Assembly: GCA_963820525.1 (NCBI GenBank)
Contig: CAWGAA010000003.1
Span: 1,014,022 to 1,078,021 of the forward strand
Direction: 5' to 3'
Source: an uncultured Spirochaetota bacterium
GTDB taxonomy: Bacteria; Spirochaetota; Spirochaetia; SZUA-6; Fen-1364
DNA length: 64,000 nt
The notes beneath the pieces are model-generated. The model worked only from the letters and a program-made list of their open reading frames with translations, was not told the origin of the DNA and made no database searches. How positions within the stretch are numbered: position 1 is the stretch's first letter; each line of letters starts with the position of its first letter. Below are positions 49,702 to 61,174 of this stretch, piece by piece. A program made the translations under genes and the position numbers.

Positions 49702-51929
49702 TCACGCGCCGCCCTTGGGAACGTGAATGATCTCCCGCGGCTTGCTCCCCTGGGCCGGGCCGACGATCCCCCGCATCTCCATCTCTTCGACGAGGCGCGC
49801 GGCGCGGTTGTAGCCGACCTTCAGCCGTCTCTGCAGGTACGACGCCGACGCCTTTCCCTGGGCGATCACGATCTCCAGGGCCTTCTCGAACAGGGGGTCG
49901 TTCCCCGGCTCCCCCTCGTAGTCCCTGCCTTCCGCGTCGTCGTCGAAGAACACCTCGTCGTCGATGTACTGGGGAGGGCCGAGCTTCTTCACGTACTCGG
50001 TGATGGCCTCCGTCTCCTCGTCGTCTACGTAGGCGCCCTGGATGCGCACGGGGAACGGGTTCCATGCCGCGGAGAAGAGCATGTCTCCCTTGCCCAGGAG
50101 CTTCTCCGCCCCGACGCAGTCAATGATGATGCGCGAGTCGAACTTGTTCGCCACCATGAAGGCGATGCGGGAGGGGATATTCGCCTTGATGAGCCCTGTG
50201 ATGACGTCGATGGAGGGACGCTGGGTGGCGAGCACCATGTGAATTCCCACGGCGCGGGACATGGCCGCCAGGCGCGCAAGGGTCGATTCCAGCTCCTTAC
50301 CCGTCGTGGCCATGAGGTCGGCGAACTCGTCGATGACGATCACGATGTAGGGCAGCCTGTGGACCTTCTCCCTTTTAGCCTTCTTGTTGAATGCGCGGAT
50401 GTCGCGGACCGCCAGAGCATCCAGGAGGGTATAGCGCCTCTCCATCTCCGAGATGCAGTACTGGAGCGCCTGGAAGGCCTTGCGCGGCTCCGTTATCACC
50501 GGCGTGAGCAGGTGCGGCACGCCGTTGTAGCTCTTCAGCTCGACGATCTTGGGGTCGATGAGGAACAGCCTCACCTCCTCGGGGGATTTCTTGAAGAGGA
50601 TGGAGGAGATGACGGCATTGACCAGCACGCTCTTGCCGGAGTTCGTGGCCCCGCCAATGAGCAGGTGCGGCGTCTGCACGAGATCGATGACCTGCGCCTC
50701 GCCGAGGATGTCCTTTCCCAGCGCCACGGGGATCTCGTAGACCGTTTTTAGCCCGCCTTCCCGGGGCTCGCCCCGCTCGCTGAAGGGCGGCATGCTGATC
50801 ATCTCGCGAAACGAGACGATGGCGCGCCTCTTGTTGGGCACCTCGATTCCCACGGCATGCTTTCCCGGGATGGGGGCCACGATGCGCACGCTGGGGGCGG
50901 CCAGGCGCAGGGCAATGTTGTCGGAGAGGTTGGCGATCTTCGAGACGCGAACGCCCGGCGCCGGAAGCACCTCGAACAGCGTAATGACGGGACCCTTCCT
51001 GATGCCCGTCACCTCGGCCTGGATGTTGAACTCCTGGAGGGCGTCCGTGAGAACGTGGGACGCGCGGCGGGTCTCGTCGTCAATCTCCCAGTATGCGTCG
51101 TCTCCCCTGACTTTCAGCACCTCGTCCGCGGGGATCCCGTATGCCGACTTTCCGCCCGCTTCCGAGCCGAAGGGCAGCTCGGGCTGAGCCGGCACGGGGG
51201 CGGGAAGCTCCCCGGGACTCGGCGCCGGTTGGGCGGGTTGGCCGCGCTCAAACGATTGTTGGGCGGGCTTCGGCTGCTGGAGCGCCTGCTTTTGTCGCTG
51301 GGCGCGCTCGGATGCCGGTTCCTGCGGGGGACCTGACGGTGCAGGGGTTCCGGCTCCACCACCTCAGCCTCGACCTCGATGGGAGGATCTTCCCCGGGCG
51401 GCTCCACGACCTTGTGAAGCGCGGGGTCGCCGACCGGCGGAAGGAGCTTCATTTTCTTTCTCTTGTCGAGGGGCGCCGACCTTGCGCCCTCGATGGCGGT
51501 TGTCAGCCCGAAAGGCAGGGTGAAAAGGAATATGATCTCCATGGCGAGGAGCAGGGAAAGGAGGATGGCAGACGGGATCATCCCGAAGCTCGAGAGCAGG
51601 AGATCCGGAACCGAAAGCGCGGATCCGCCGACTACAAGCAAAAGGAGGCTCGCCGTGAGAAACGGGAAGATGGAAAGCATCAGCATGAGGGCGGATCTCC
51701 GCCGGAAGACCGGGGCGACGAGGAGGATCAGCGCGAAAATGAAGTAGAGGGGGATGAAAAATGCCGCCCACGAGAACAGCTCCATCAGGAGGCGGCCGGG
51801 AGCGGCCCCCGGGCCCGGCATGCCCATGAGGTGCAGCGCGAGGGTAAGAAGGCAGAGAACGGACAGAAAAATGAGAATTCCAGAGAGAATTCGGATCGCA
51901 GGAGATAGCTTCCTGCCTCGCACAGCCAC
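49702..51929 (-). CDS. ftsK: DNA translocase FtsK, split by a single frameshift near 51345
   Basis: N-terminal TM ORF 51114-51929 plus motor ORF ([34 protein letters not shown]); one extra G in GGGG 51344-51347 would give a continuous Pro/Gln-rich linker. Confidence 0.88.
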
Positions 51930-51970
51930 GATAAACCCCCTCCCTTGTTTATCGGAAGAAACCCTGCGCC

Positions 51971-54263
51971 TCAGTACGGCTGGAGCGGTCCCTTCCGCGG
52001 CGTCGGGGCCACGAACGCGTCGGGGTAGAAGTACTTCACCGTCTCCCGCGGGTCCTGGTTCTTGTAGAGGTGGGCATAGATGATCGAAGAAACCAGTATT
52101 TTCCGCACGTACTGGCGCGATTCCTCGAACGGCACCGCTTCGACAAACAGGTCCGTGGCCAGTCCGCCATTGAGCCTGTCCCAGGAGCGGGAGCGGGTCA
52201 AGCCGGCGTTGTAGGAGAGAAGCGCCTTGGGCAGGCTGCCCGTTCTTGCCAACAGGACCTCGAGGTAGCGCACGCCGAGGGTCAGGCTCGTCTCGGGGTC
52301 CGTCAGGTCCGGATTATCGATGCGGAGGCTCCTGGCCATGTCCCCCGCGGTGGCGGGCATGAGCTGGGCAAGACCGGCGGCTCCCGCGCCGGAGACGATG
52401 TCGGGGTCGAAGTAGCTCTCTTCCCTGACGAGCCCATAGATAAGGAAGTTGGGAAACGATGAGCGCGCGGAAATATCCTCGATCAAAGACGCGAACGCGC
52501 GGGGATAGAGCACGCGCATCTCATCGGCGGAGAGCGTCCTTCGGCGCCACAAAAGCCCGATCAGGTTCAGCGCCGAGCGGTGATCCTGTGCCCCGGCAAG
52601 CCGAAGCGCGTACGCCAGAAGCAGACCGTCATCAAGGCCCTCACGCCGGTCCCAGATCTCGTCGAATGCCTCCCCCGTGAGGCCGAAGGAAACCAGGCCA
52701 TCGATCACGGGATCCAGGCTGGAGGCGGGCTTCGCGGCCGGCGCGGCGGGCGCCCCCGAGACCGGCGCTCCTGACGCTGCCCCGGGCGCCGCGACGGGCG
52801 CCCCGGCAGGCTGCGCCGCCGGCCCCCCCGTCTGCTCGGCGTCCATCGAAAGCACGGGCTGGGGAAGCTCCCCGAGGAAACAGGAGGCAAGCACCCCGTA
52901 GTAGCCGTAGGGGCTCGTATCGCGCGCGGCCCGAAAGAGTGTCCTCGGGCACGGGATCGGGCTTGCCCGGTACGCGCGAAATCAGCCGCTGTTGAAGCGC
53001 CCTTGCCAGGATGTAATCGAGCTGGGCACGGACCGCGGGGGATGCTCTGCCCTCCAGCGCTGTTCGAAGCCGAACCAGGTCGTTCCATCTTCGGTCCGCC
53101 GTCAGGGAGGAGATCCGCTCCTCCAGGAGGTCGGAGAAATAGGAGGGGTCGTTCCACAGCGCTGACTGCCGCCCCAGCTCCTCGGCGAGGTCCGGCGGAT
53201 TGGTCTTGAAAAGAACATCGAGAATGAACCAGCGCATCCTGTCCTGCCGGAAAGCGTCCCGGCTCACCGCCGCCACTGCGCGGAAAAAACCGAGCGCCTT
53301 CCCGTAATCCGGGACGCGCCTGCCGCACTTTCCCGCAGCCTCCTGGGCGTCGAGCCGCTCCTCGCCCGAAAGCCCCGCGGCAAGCGCCTCCATGAATGCT
53401 TCTCCGCGGGAAGCCATACCGCCGGAGATGTAGGCGGAACCCAGCTCGGAAATCAGCGGGCTGCCGGCAAGACGCGCCGGCTCGATTCCCAGGACCGCCT
53501 TTTCCATCAGGGGTATTCCCTTCGCCCAATCTCCCTGCTGCAGGGCGAACTTCCCCTCCAGGAGCCCCTTCTCCCAGTCGGAGAATATCCCCATCGACTC
53601 GGGGTCCGCGGAGAGGAACAGGTACGCCCGCGCGTGAACCGGTGAGAGCTTTTCCCGCAGGAACAGATCGACGAACAGGAAGCGGGCGGCATCGCGCTTC
53701 AGCCGAAGCGAGCTTACCGCCTGAAAAAGGGAGAGCTCGGCGTCCGCCGGCTGGATTCTCCGCGCCTCGGAGAGAACCTCCTCGTCCGCCTTGCTCCAAT
53801 ACAAGGCTTCCACGAGAGCCCGGCGCGCGTCATGGGCTGCCGGCGTTCCCTCCACCATTTCCGCCAGAGGGCGGGCAACCTTTTCCGCCTTCTGGAAGTC
53901 CTTCTCCGCGAGGTATCGCTTTACAAGCGCGAGTCCCGCCCGCTCCTTCCACGGCCGCGGCAGGCGGTTCCAGGCAAGCTCGAGCATGAGCTCGGAAAGC
54001 TCCGGCTGCTTGAGCTTCTCGAAAATAAGGGACAGGTAGTAGGGCGCCCCCGGACCGAGCTCGAGGGCTTGGGAGAGGTCTTGCGACTTCCAGTCGATTC
54101 CCGAAAAGGCCGAGTAATCAGCCCTGGCCAGGCTGTCCTTGAGCTCGTCCGCCGGCAAACCCCAAACCGATTTCTGCCCGCACCCCGTGGACAAAAGAGG
54201 ATACGTGAGGAGCAGGAGGATCAGAAGCTCATTCTTCAGGGATATAAATCGTCGTGTCCGCAA
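51971..54263 (-). CDS. Soluble lytic transglycosylase-like lipoprotein, split by a frameshift near 52950
   Basis: Lipobox LSTGC, helical-repeat region, C-terminal REES, GLAQLMPATA, SYNAG, ESRQYVRKI; deleting one base near 52947-52960 joins the two frames. Confidence 0.82.
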
Positions 54264-55152
54264 AAATGAGGTCCGGGTTCCTGATCTTGTTGGCCTTGGC
54301 GAGCTTGGGATACAGCCAGGGGTTCCTGTAATAGGTGGCTGAGATATCCCAGAGGGTATCGCCTTTCTTGATCCTGTACGTCACGCCGCCGGCGGGCTGC
54401 GGTTTGACGGCCGCGGCGGGCTTCGCGGCGGTTGACACGCCGCCGGGCTCACTCTGCGCCTGCGCCACCGCCGGCTGCTGGACGGTTTCGGCGGGAGGCT
54501 TTTCGACGGCGGCAGCGGGCGGAGCCTGCTCTTGCGGCTTTGCGGGAGCGGGCTGCGGCTGCACGGCCGCGGGAACGGCGGCGCCCCTCACGTTCTTGTA
54601 GACAAACCAACCGATGGCTCCGAGGAGGGCGATTCCCAGCATGATGAACAGCACAATCAGGGCGACGTTCGGCCCCCTGCGGCCCAGGTGCTCTCTCCTT
54701 CGGTCCATCTCGCCCGTTGGATAGGTCTCTCCCGTGAGAGGCGGCTCCTCGGTGTCGAGGCTCTTCACCGGCTCACCCTCCATCTCGAACTCCGGGATTG
54801 CGTAGGTCTCTTCAGCGGAAAGGGTCTTCAGGCTGATGGCGAAGCTCTGCGATTCGCCGGTGGAGCGGTCGCTCGCCTCGGCGGTAAGCTCGCCGGCGGT
54901 ATCCAGGCCGAGGAGGAGCTCGATATCCGGCTCGCCCTTCACTGCGGCGGTGATGTTTTCTATTATGAGACTTCCGATATACTGGGCATTGTCCAGTCCG
55001 TCACCCTCGCCCCTGTACAGGTCGATCTGGACCTTGCTCTGGTTGTCCTTGACCGTCGTCAAGGTGAGCTTCTTCCTTCCCGTGAAGCCCTCTTCCAGAA
55101 CGGGGTAGAAGGAACCGTCCGCGACTTTGATGCCGATACGTGAACCGTTCAA
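54229..55152 (-). CDS. Hsp70 substrate-binding-domain-like N-terminus + TM + Pro/Ala linker + LysM protein
   Basis: TTVKDNQSKVQIDLYRGE...KGEPDIELLLGLDTAGELTAEASDRSTG; one TM; YRIKKGDTLWDISATYYRNPWLYPKLAKANKIRNPDLI. Confidence 0.8.
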   Translation of the reverse strand: MNGSRIGIKVADGSFYPVLEEGFTGRKKLTLTTVKDNQSKVQIDLYRGEGDGLDNAQYIGSLIIENITAAVKGEPDIELLLGLDTAGELTAEASDRSTGESQSFAISLKTLSAEETYAIPEFEMEGEPVKSLDTEEPPLTGETYPTGEMDRRREHLGRRGPNVALIVLFIMLGIALLGAIGWFVYKNVRGAAVPAAVQPQPAPAKPQEQAPPAAAVEKPPAETVQQPAVAQAQSEPGGVSTAAKPAAAVKPQPAGGVTYRIKKGDTLWDISATYYRNPWLYPKLAKANKIRNPDLIFADTTIYIPEE

Positions 55153-55213
55153 CGCCAGCGCCCCCTCGTCTGAAAAGCGTATAACGCCGTATAGCGTTTG
55201 TCAATAATATTCC

Positions 55214-55242
55214 TTGACACGTGAAAAGGCGCGGCCGATAAT
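55214..55242 (+). promoter_or_regulatory. Sigma70-type promoter for the TPR gene; a divergent TTGACA-17-TACGCT promoter for the LysM gene lies at about 55176-55204
   Basis: TTGACA-17 nt-GATAAT. Confidence 0.6.
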
Positions 55243-55251
55243 ACGCACTCG

Positions 55252-56610
55252 ATGAGCCTCCTTCCCTTCATCATCGGCGGAATTCTCCTGCTCGTCGGCG
55301 CTCCGATTCTGTTTCTCCTGCTCTCGGCGCGGGTATCCAAAGGGAAGGGACGCGACGGCATCTTCGGGAAGGCCCGCGACGGCGTGGTGCGTGAGGCCAC
55401 CAAGAAGCTCGCGGCAAACCCCCGTGACGCGAAAGCCCTCATGACCCTCGCGGAGACGGCCTTCAAGGAAGACAATTTCCCGGTGGCCCGCAAGTACTAC
55501 AAGGACCTGGTCGACCTCTGCGCGGCGGTGCCGGGGATCGACGAGCTCGAGGTCACCGTCAAACACGGGATCTGCGCCCTGAAGCTCGGCGATCTGGAAG
55601 ATTCGTACAAGAGCCTCATGTTCGCCAGAAACCTCAAGGAGGACAGCTTCGAGGCCAATTTCCACCTCGGCGCCGTGGAGTTCGCCCGCGGCGCATTCGA
55701 CAAGGCAACCGCCTATTTCATGCGCGCGCACAACGCTCAACCGGAGAACGCCCTCACCATCAAGAACCTGGGCGCGTGCCTGTACAAGGTCGGAAAGTTC
55801 CGCGAATGCATCCCCTTTCTGCGCATGACCCTCGAGGCCACCCCCGACGACAAGGAAACCCTCTTCGCCCTGGGAAATGCATCCTACGAATCGGGGCAGA
55901 CGGAAACCGCCATCAAGATCTTCACGCATCTGCGCACCGATCCCGCCCTCGGACCCACCGCGGCCCTGTACTGCGGCACCATCTACTTCAACGCAAAGCT
56001 CTACGACAAAGCGATCATGGACCTGGAGCTCGGGCTGCGCCACGACGGGGTGCGTCCCGAAATCGCCCTCGAGCTGAAGTACCGGCTCGCCTTCGCGTAC
56101 CTGAAAAAGGAGGATCTCGCCAGGGCAATGAACCTGTGGCGCGAGGTGGCCAGCGCAAACCCGAAGTACCGCGACGTGCAGGATCTCATCTCCCGCTACG
56201 GCGAGCTCTCATCCAACAGGAAGCTCCAGACCTACCTGTTGTCTCCCACGTCGGACTTCGTCACGCTCTGCCGAAAGATCGCTTTGAGCTTCTTCCCCAG
56301 GTCCAAGACCAAGCTTCTCAACATCTCGTTCAGGCAGAGCGAATACGTGGATATCGTGGCCGAGGTGGATACCTCCAAGTGGAGCGATATCATCCTCTTT
56401 CGCTTCGTGCGGACCACGGGCATGATCGGCGAGCTTCTCCTCAGAGACCTGTACACCAAGTTGAAGGAGATCAAGGGAGGACGGGGCGTGTGCATCGCCC
56501 CCGCCACCTACTCCGAGGGGGCGAAGAGCTTCGTGGAGGCCCGGATCGTCGACCTCATCGACAAGCCCGCCTTGAACAAGCTTTTAAGCCGGGTGCCGGA
56601 AGGGCTGTAG
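55252..56610 (+). CDS. Membrane-anchored TPR protein with C-terminal Mrr-like restriction-endonuclease-fold domain
   Basis: N-terminal TM, multiple TPRs, C-terminal FVTLCRKI...VDIVAE...IGELLLRDLY...GVCIAPATYSEGAKSF...DLID. Confidence 0.75.
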   Translation: MSLLPFIIGGILLLVGAPILFLLLSARVSKGKGRDGIFGKARDGVVREATKKLAANPRDAKALMTLAETAFKEDNFPVARKYYKDLVDLCAAVPGIDELEVTVKHGICALKLGDLEDSYKSLMFARNLKEDSFEANFHLGAVEFARGAFDKATAYFMRAHNAQPENALTIKNLGACLYKVGKFRECIPFLRMTLEATPDDKETLFALGNASYESGQTETAIKIFTHLRTDPALGPTAALYCGTIYFNAKLYDKAIMDLELGLRHDGVRPEIALELKYRLAFAYLKKEDLARAMNLWREVASANPKYRDVQDLISRYGELSSNRKLQTYLLSPTSDFVTLCRKIALSFFPRSKTKLLNISFRQSEYVDIVAEVDTSKWSDIILFRFVRTTGMIGELLLRDLYTKLKEIKGGRGVCIAPATYSEGAKSFVEARIVDLIDKPALNKLLSRVPEGL

Positions 56611-56689
56611 AGCCCCGAAAGGCCGGGGAGCCGCGCGCTCCAGCTTTCGCTCACCGCCGCCGCAAGATGTCCCAAGTGCCGCCGGCGCT

Positions 56690-57463
56690 TCAAGTCCTAC
56701 CGGCCCGGACGTCTTGCATCCCGCCGGCCCGGATCACCACCAGGTGCCGCTCCTCCTCCAGGAAAGGGACCTCCGCGTCGAGGATCTCGGCGGTGAGCGG
56801 AACGGCCGAGGCCGTCTTCATCGCCTCGATCTCCTCCCTCGCCTTTGCTTCCTTGCCCTTGAAGGCGACGATTGACCCCCAGTCGAGGCCGCTTGCCCGA
56901 AGGTCCTTGATGAACCTGTCCAGGGGCGCCACGGCGCGAAAGGTCACGACGTCGAAGCGTGCCGGACGGGTGGAAGCGGCGCTCGGAAGGCGGGAGCCCG
57001 CCAGCGTAATATCGGTTTCCAGCACCCGCACGTTCGCCAGCCCCAGCACGAGCGCGCAGTTCTCCAGGAATGCCGCTCTCTTGGCGGAGCGCTCGAGGAG
57101 GGTGAAGGAGAGCGACGGCAGGGCGGCGGCCAGCGGAATCCCGGGAAGACCCGCCCCCGAGCCGACGTCGAGCACCGTGCCGGCGAACGCCGAGGCGGCA
57201 TCCTCAGCCGAATCCCTCGGAGGCCGCTCTCCCGAGACGAGATGGAGAACCAGCCGCCACGCCGAAAGGGAATCGAGCACGTGTTTGACGACAAGCTCCG
57301 TCCCGCTCGCATTGACGAATCCGAAGCGCGGGTTCCATTTTTCCAGCTCCGCCAGGTAGCCCCCGAGGATGGCGGAAGTGCGCTCCCCTCCCGGAACTTC
57401 AAGCAGAGCGAGTCCCTGGGCGAGGAGTCCGGAAGCGCCGTCCGCTCCCTTCCGCGGGGTCAC
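56690..57463 (-). CDS. rsmG: 16S rRNA m7G527 methyltransferase
   Basis: [31 protein letters not shown]; downstream of mnmG. Confidence 0.92.
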   Translation of the reverse strand: MTPRKGADGASGLLAQGLALLEVPGGERTSAILGGYLAELEKWNPRFGFVNASGTELVVKHVLDSLSAWRLVLHLVSGERPPRDSAEDAASAFAGTVLDVGSGAGLPGIPLAAALPSLSFTLLERSAKRAAFLENCALVLGLANVRVLETDITLAGSRLPSAASTRPARFDVVTFRAVAPLDRFIKDLRASGLDWGSIVAFKGKEAKAREEIEAMKTASAVPLTAEILDAEVPFLEEERHLVVIRAGGMQDVRAGRT

Positions 57464-59304
57464 GCCTGCCCCTTCATGCAGACAAGGAGGACCGCGATGT
57501 CTGAAGGCCGGACCCCCGAGATGCGGGACGCCTGCCCGATGGAAAGGGGACGGATCTTCATGAGCTTCTCCCGCGCCTCCGATGAGATGCCCCTGAGCGC
57601 GGAGTAATCGAAGGCGGCGGGGATCCGCTTCTCCTCCATTCGCCGGAAGCGTTCCACCTGCGCGTCTTGATGCCTGATGTACCCCTCGTACTTCACCTCT
57701 GTCTCCGCCTGGGCAAGGGAGGCCGCGCTCATGGCTGCCAGGCGCGCATCCAGCGGCAAAAGGCCTTCCAGCGTGAAGCGGGGATCCTTCAGGACCTGCT
57801 CGAAGCTCGAGCCGCGATACGCGTCGATCTGCGGCAGAGCATCCGCATCCCCGGCGGCAACCTTGCGCTTTCGCAGAAGCTCCCTCACTTCCTCGATTCC
57901 CCGCTTCTTCTCCTCCAGACGCCGGAGGGCCTCCGGCGCCGCCAACCCCAATTCTCCCCCCTTGGGCGTGAGGCGGAGATCCGCCGTATCATGGCGGAGC
58001 GAAAGGCGATATTCGGCCCGGGACGTGAACATGCGGTACGGCTCCTCGGCTCCCAGCGTGACGAGGTCATCGATGAGAACACCGATGTATGCCTCGGCGC
58101 GGGAGAGAACGAGAGGCTCCTTGCCCTGGAGCCAGAGGGCGGCATTGATCCCCGCCATGATTCCCTGGGCGGCAGCCTCCTCGTATCCGGAGGTCCCATT
58201 GGTCTGGCCCGCCACGAAGAGCCCCTGGATGCGCTTGGACTGGAGGCTGGGAAAGAGCTGGGTAGGCTCCAGGTAATCGTACTCCACCGCGTAGCCGGGC
58301 CGCACGATCTGGAGGTCCTCCAGGCCGGGAATCGTATGGAGGAAGGCCTCCTGCACATCCTCCGGCAGGGAGGAGGAGACGCCGTTCAAGTACACCTCCT
58401 CGGTGGAAAGCCCCTCCGGCTCGACGAACACCTGGTGCCGCTCCCTGTCGGGGAACCGCATCACCTTGTCCTCGATGGACGGGCAATAGCGGGGGCCCCG
58501 GCCCACGATCTTCCCGCCATACAGCGGAGAGCGGTGGATATTCTCGCGGATGATCCCGTGGGTTTCCGCGTTCGTATAGGTGATATGGCAGGGCACGGCG
58601 GGACGGTCCACCTTGGCCGTGGAGAAGGAGAAAGGCAGCGCCTCGGCGTCCGGGCCTTGAAGCTCCATGCGCTCCGGCCTGAGCGAGGAGGCAAGGCCGC
58701 GCGCCGGTGTGCCGGTCTTCAGGCGCCCGACGGTGAACCCGAGCCGCCTGAGGCTCCGGCCCAAGCCGAGCGCGGCGGGCTCCCCCAGCCTTCCACCGGA
58801 CGCGGACCAGTCCCCGATGAAGAGCTTCGCCTCCATGAAAGTGCCGGTGGTGAGCACGACGGCCTTCGAGGAGATCCGCCTGCCCCGCTCCGTGATCACT
58901 CCCTGGATCCGGCTTTCCTCCGCGTTCAGGAGGAAATCCACAACCGTATCCTGGAAGATGTGCAGACCCTTTTCAGCCTCGAGGGTGCGCTTGGCCAGGG
59001 CAGCGTAGGCCATCTTGTCCGCCTGGGCGCGCGGCGCCTGCACGGCGGGGCCCTTGCTCCTGTTGAGCATGCGGAACTGGATCATCGTCGAGTCGATGAG
59101 CTTCCCCATCTGGCCGCCGAGGGCGTCGATCTCGCGTACGAGGTTCCCCTTGGCCAGGCCTCCGACGGCGGGGTTGCACGACATCTTGCCGATGCAATCG
59201 AGGCTCTGGGTGACGAGGACGGTTGAAAAGCCCAGGCGCGAGAGGGCGAGCGATGCCTCGATCCCCGCGTGCCCTCCGCCGATAACGATCGCCTCAGCGT
59301 CCAT
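57460..59304 (-). CDS. mnmG: tRNA uridine 5-carboxymethylaminomethyl modification enzyme
   Basis: [53 protein letters not shown]. Confidence 0.97.
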   Translation of the reverse strand: MDAEAIVIGGGHAGIEASLALSRLGFSTVLVTQSLDCIGKMSCNPAVGGLAKGNLVREIDALGGQMGKLIDSTMIQFRMLNRSKGPAVQAPRAQADKMAYAALAKRTLEAEKGLHIFQDTVVDFLLNAEESRIQGVITERGRRISSKAVVLTTGTFMEAKLFIGDWSASGGRLGEPAALGLGRSLRRLGFTVGRLKTGTPARGLASSLRPERMELQGPDAEALPFSFSTAKVDRPAVPCHITYTNAETHGIIRENIHRSPLYGGKIVGRGPRYCPSIEDKVMRFPDRERHQVFVEPEGLSTEEVYLNGVSSSLPEDVQEAFLHTIPGLEDLQIVRPGYAVEYDYLEPTQLFPSLQSKRIQGLFVAGQTNGTSGYEEAAAQGIMAGINAALWLQGKEPLVLSRAEAYIGVLIDDLVTLGAEEPYRMFTSRAEYRLSLRHDTADLRLTPKGGELGLAAPEALRRLEEKKRGIEEVRELLRKRKVAAGDADALPQIDAYRGSSFEQVLKDPRFTLEGLLPLDARLAAMSAASLAQAETEVKYEGYIRHQDAQVERFRRMEEKRIPAAFDYSALRGISSEAREKLMKIRPLSIGQASRISGVRPSDIAVLLVCMKGQA

Positions 59305-59305
59305 G

Positions 59306-60661
59306 TCACTTCCCCACGCAAAACCGGGAAAACATCCGCTCGAGGATCTCGGCGGAGGTCACCTCTCCCGTGATCTCACCCAATGCATCCAGGGCATCGG
59401 CAAGATCAACGGCGAGCAGGTCCAGGGGAACGTGCCTGTCCAGGGCATTTGTGAAGCTGTCCAGCGCCGTCAGCGATCGCTCGATGAGGTCCCTCTGCCG
59501 CTCTGAATCGATGAGCGGCTCACCCGAGTCCTCGGTTTCCCCCGAAACTATCGCGCGTACGATCGCTTCTTCGAGCGCATCGACGCCCTGGCCCGTGAGC
59601 GAGCTCACGGGGAGGAAGCCGTCGGGAGCGGGCCGGCTTCGCGGCAGGTCGATCTTGTTCCAGAGCTTCAGGGTCGAACCCTCGCGCTCAGCGGTACCGG
59701 CCAGGAAAGCCGAGTCCCCCTGTGCGATTCCCACCTCCGAATCCACAAGGTAGAGAACGAGATCCGCCCCCCGCATCACCTGCTCTGCGCGCCGGATCCC
59801 TTCAGCCTCGATAGGATCTTTCGCTTCCCGAATCCCAGCCGTATCGAACAACCGAAGCGGTATTCCCTTCAAGCCGATGCTTCCTTCAAGGTAGTCACGC
59901 GTGGTCCCGTGCGTTTCTGATACAATAGCCCGATCCTGCCTCAACAAAAGGTTGAAAAGGCTCGACTTGCCCGAGTTGGTAGCCCCGGCGATGGCCGCGC
60001 TGACCCCTTCCTGGTAGATTCTGCCGCGCCGATACGTGCGGGAAAGCGCCTCCAATACGGCCCTTGCCTGGGCGAGCTTCCCCCGGTCCAGGGCTTCGGA
60101 GCCCACCTCCTCGTCGGGATAATCGATCTGCACTTCGACCGCTGCCCGAAGGTCCAGGAGAAGGTCACGCGCTGCGTGAATCTTCTCCTCGATTGCTCCC
60201 GAGAGCCGCTGCAGGGCAAGGCTCCGCGCTCGATCCGTTCTTGCGCGGACGATTTCGTTCACGGCTTCCGCCCTGGTCAGGTCCATCTTCCCGTTGAGGA
60301 ATGCCCGCTGAGTGAACTCACCGGGCCCGGCCGGCCTGAAGCCCGACCTCGTGAGCAGAGAGATGAGCCTCTGGATCACGGGCAGGCTTCCGTGACAGGA
60401 GATCTCCGCCCCATCTTCGCCCGTGTAGCTCTTGGGCGCCTTGAACACCGAGATCAGGACCTCATCCAGCTCTTCCTCTCCATCGCACACGATGCGGCGG
60501 TGAACGGTGTGCCCCGCGGCCGCGCTCAAGTCTTTTCCTTTTTTCAAGAGACGGGAAAGAATCTCGAGGGAACCGGCCCCTGAAACGCGAAGCACGGCCA
60601 GGGCGCTCGGAGATGGGGGAGTGGCGAGCGCGACGATTGGATCGTCAGGAGAGTGGATCAC
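59306..60661 (-). CDS. mnmE: tRNA modification GTPase
   Basis: [38 protein letters not shown]-terminal FCVGK; GTG 60661. Confidence 0.96.
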   Translation of the reverse strand: MIHSPDDPIVALATPPSPSALAVLRVSGAGSLEILSRLLKKGKDLSAAAGHTVHRRIVCDGEEELDEVLISVFKAPKSYTGEDGAEISCHGSLPVIQRLISLLTRSGFRPAGPGEFTQRAFLNGKMDLTRAEAVNEIVRARTDRARSLALQRLSGAIEEKIHAARDLLLDLRAAVEVQIDYPDEEVGSEALDRGKLAQARAVLEALSRTYRRGRIYQEGVSAAIAGATNSGKSSLFNLLLRQDRAIVSETHGTTRDYLEGSIGLKGIPLRLFDTAGIREAKDPIEAEGIRRAEQVMRGADLVLYLVDSEVGIAQGDSAFLAGTAEREGSTLKLWNKIDLPRSRPAPDGFLPVSSLTGQGVDALEEAIVRAIVSGETEDSGEPLIDSERQRDLIERSLTALDSFTNALDRHVPLDLLAVDLADALDALGEITGEVTSAEILERMFSRFCVGK

Positions 60662-60781
60662 GGCGAAGAGGATAGCGCTTCGAGGTTCAGGGGGCAATAC
60701 GGACCGAGAGTCTGCCGGACCCCGCGTCGATTTGCCGGGCATCGCTTCTGCCCCGGCGGGACGAACTGAAAGCGGGTATTC

Positions 60782-61174
60782 TTAGACCCTGCCGCCCAGC
60801 AGGGAGAAAAGCAGGATGGCAAGAACGAGGGCCGTGAAAGCGCAGTACATCCAGTCGCGCTCCAGCGCAAAGGCGAAAAAAGAAACCACGACGCGCATAA
60901 TGGGGATGGCGATCAGCAGGAGCAGCCCGGCCTGAATCAATCCGGGACTATCGAGCGACACGGCCGTCTTCACGATGCCGGGAATGGTTTTCAGAACCCC
61001 GGGCTCGCCATGATAGGATTCGTAGTGAGGGGTATTGCCTCCCCTTTCATACAGGTACACGATTCCGCCCGCCAGCACGACGCACGCGGCCGCGATAACG
61101 CCCACGCGAAGAAGCATGCCGATGAAGAGCTCCACTTGCCTGTCCGTGATCTTCTTCGCGCCCCGCATATTCAA
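60782..61174 (-). CDS. DUF1634-like membrane protein
   Basis: IGMLLRVGV, GLLLLIAIPIMRV; coupled to the TauE-family gene. Confidence 0.8.
   Translation of the reverse strand: MNMRGAKKITDRQVELFIGMLLRVGVIAAACVVLAGGIVYLYERGGNTPHYESYHGEPGVLKTIPGIVKTAVSLDSPGLIQAGLLLLIAIPIMRVVVSFFAFALERDWMYCAFTALVLAILLFSLLGGRV

Noticed and set aside
55252..56610. Type IV restriction / anti-phage defence gene
   Set aside because: Catalytic residues look degenerate and the context is housekeeping; kept only as a pseudo-nuclease hypothesis.
56690..60661. Replication origin near mnmE-mnmG-rsmG
   Set aside because: No dnaA, parAB or DnaA-box cluster was seen in the window.
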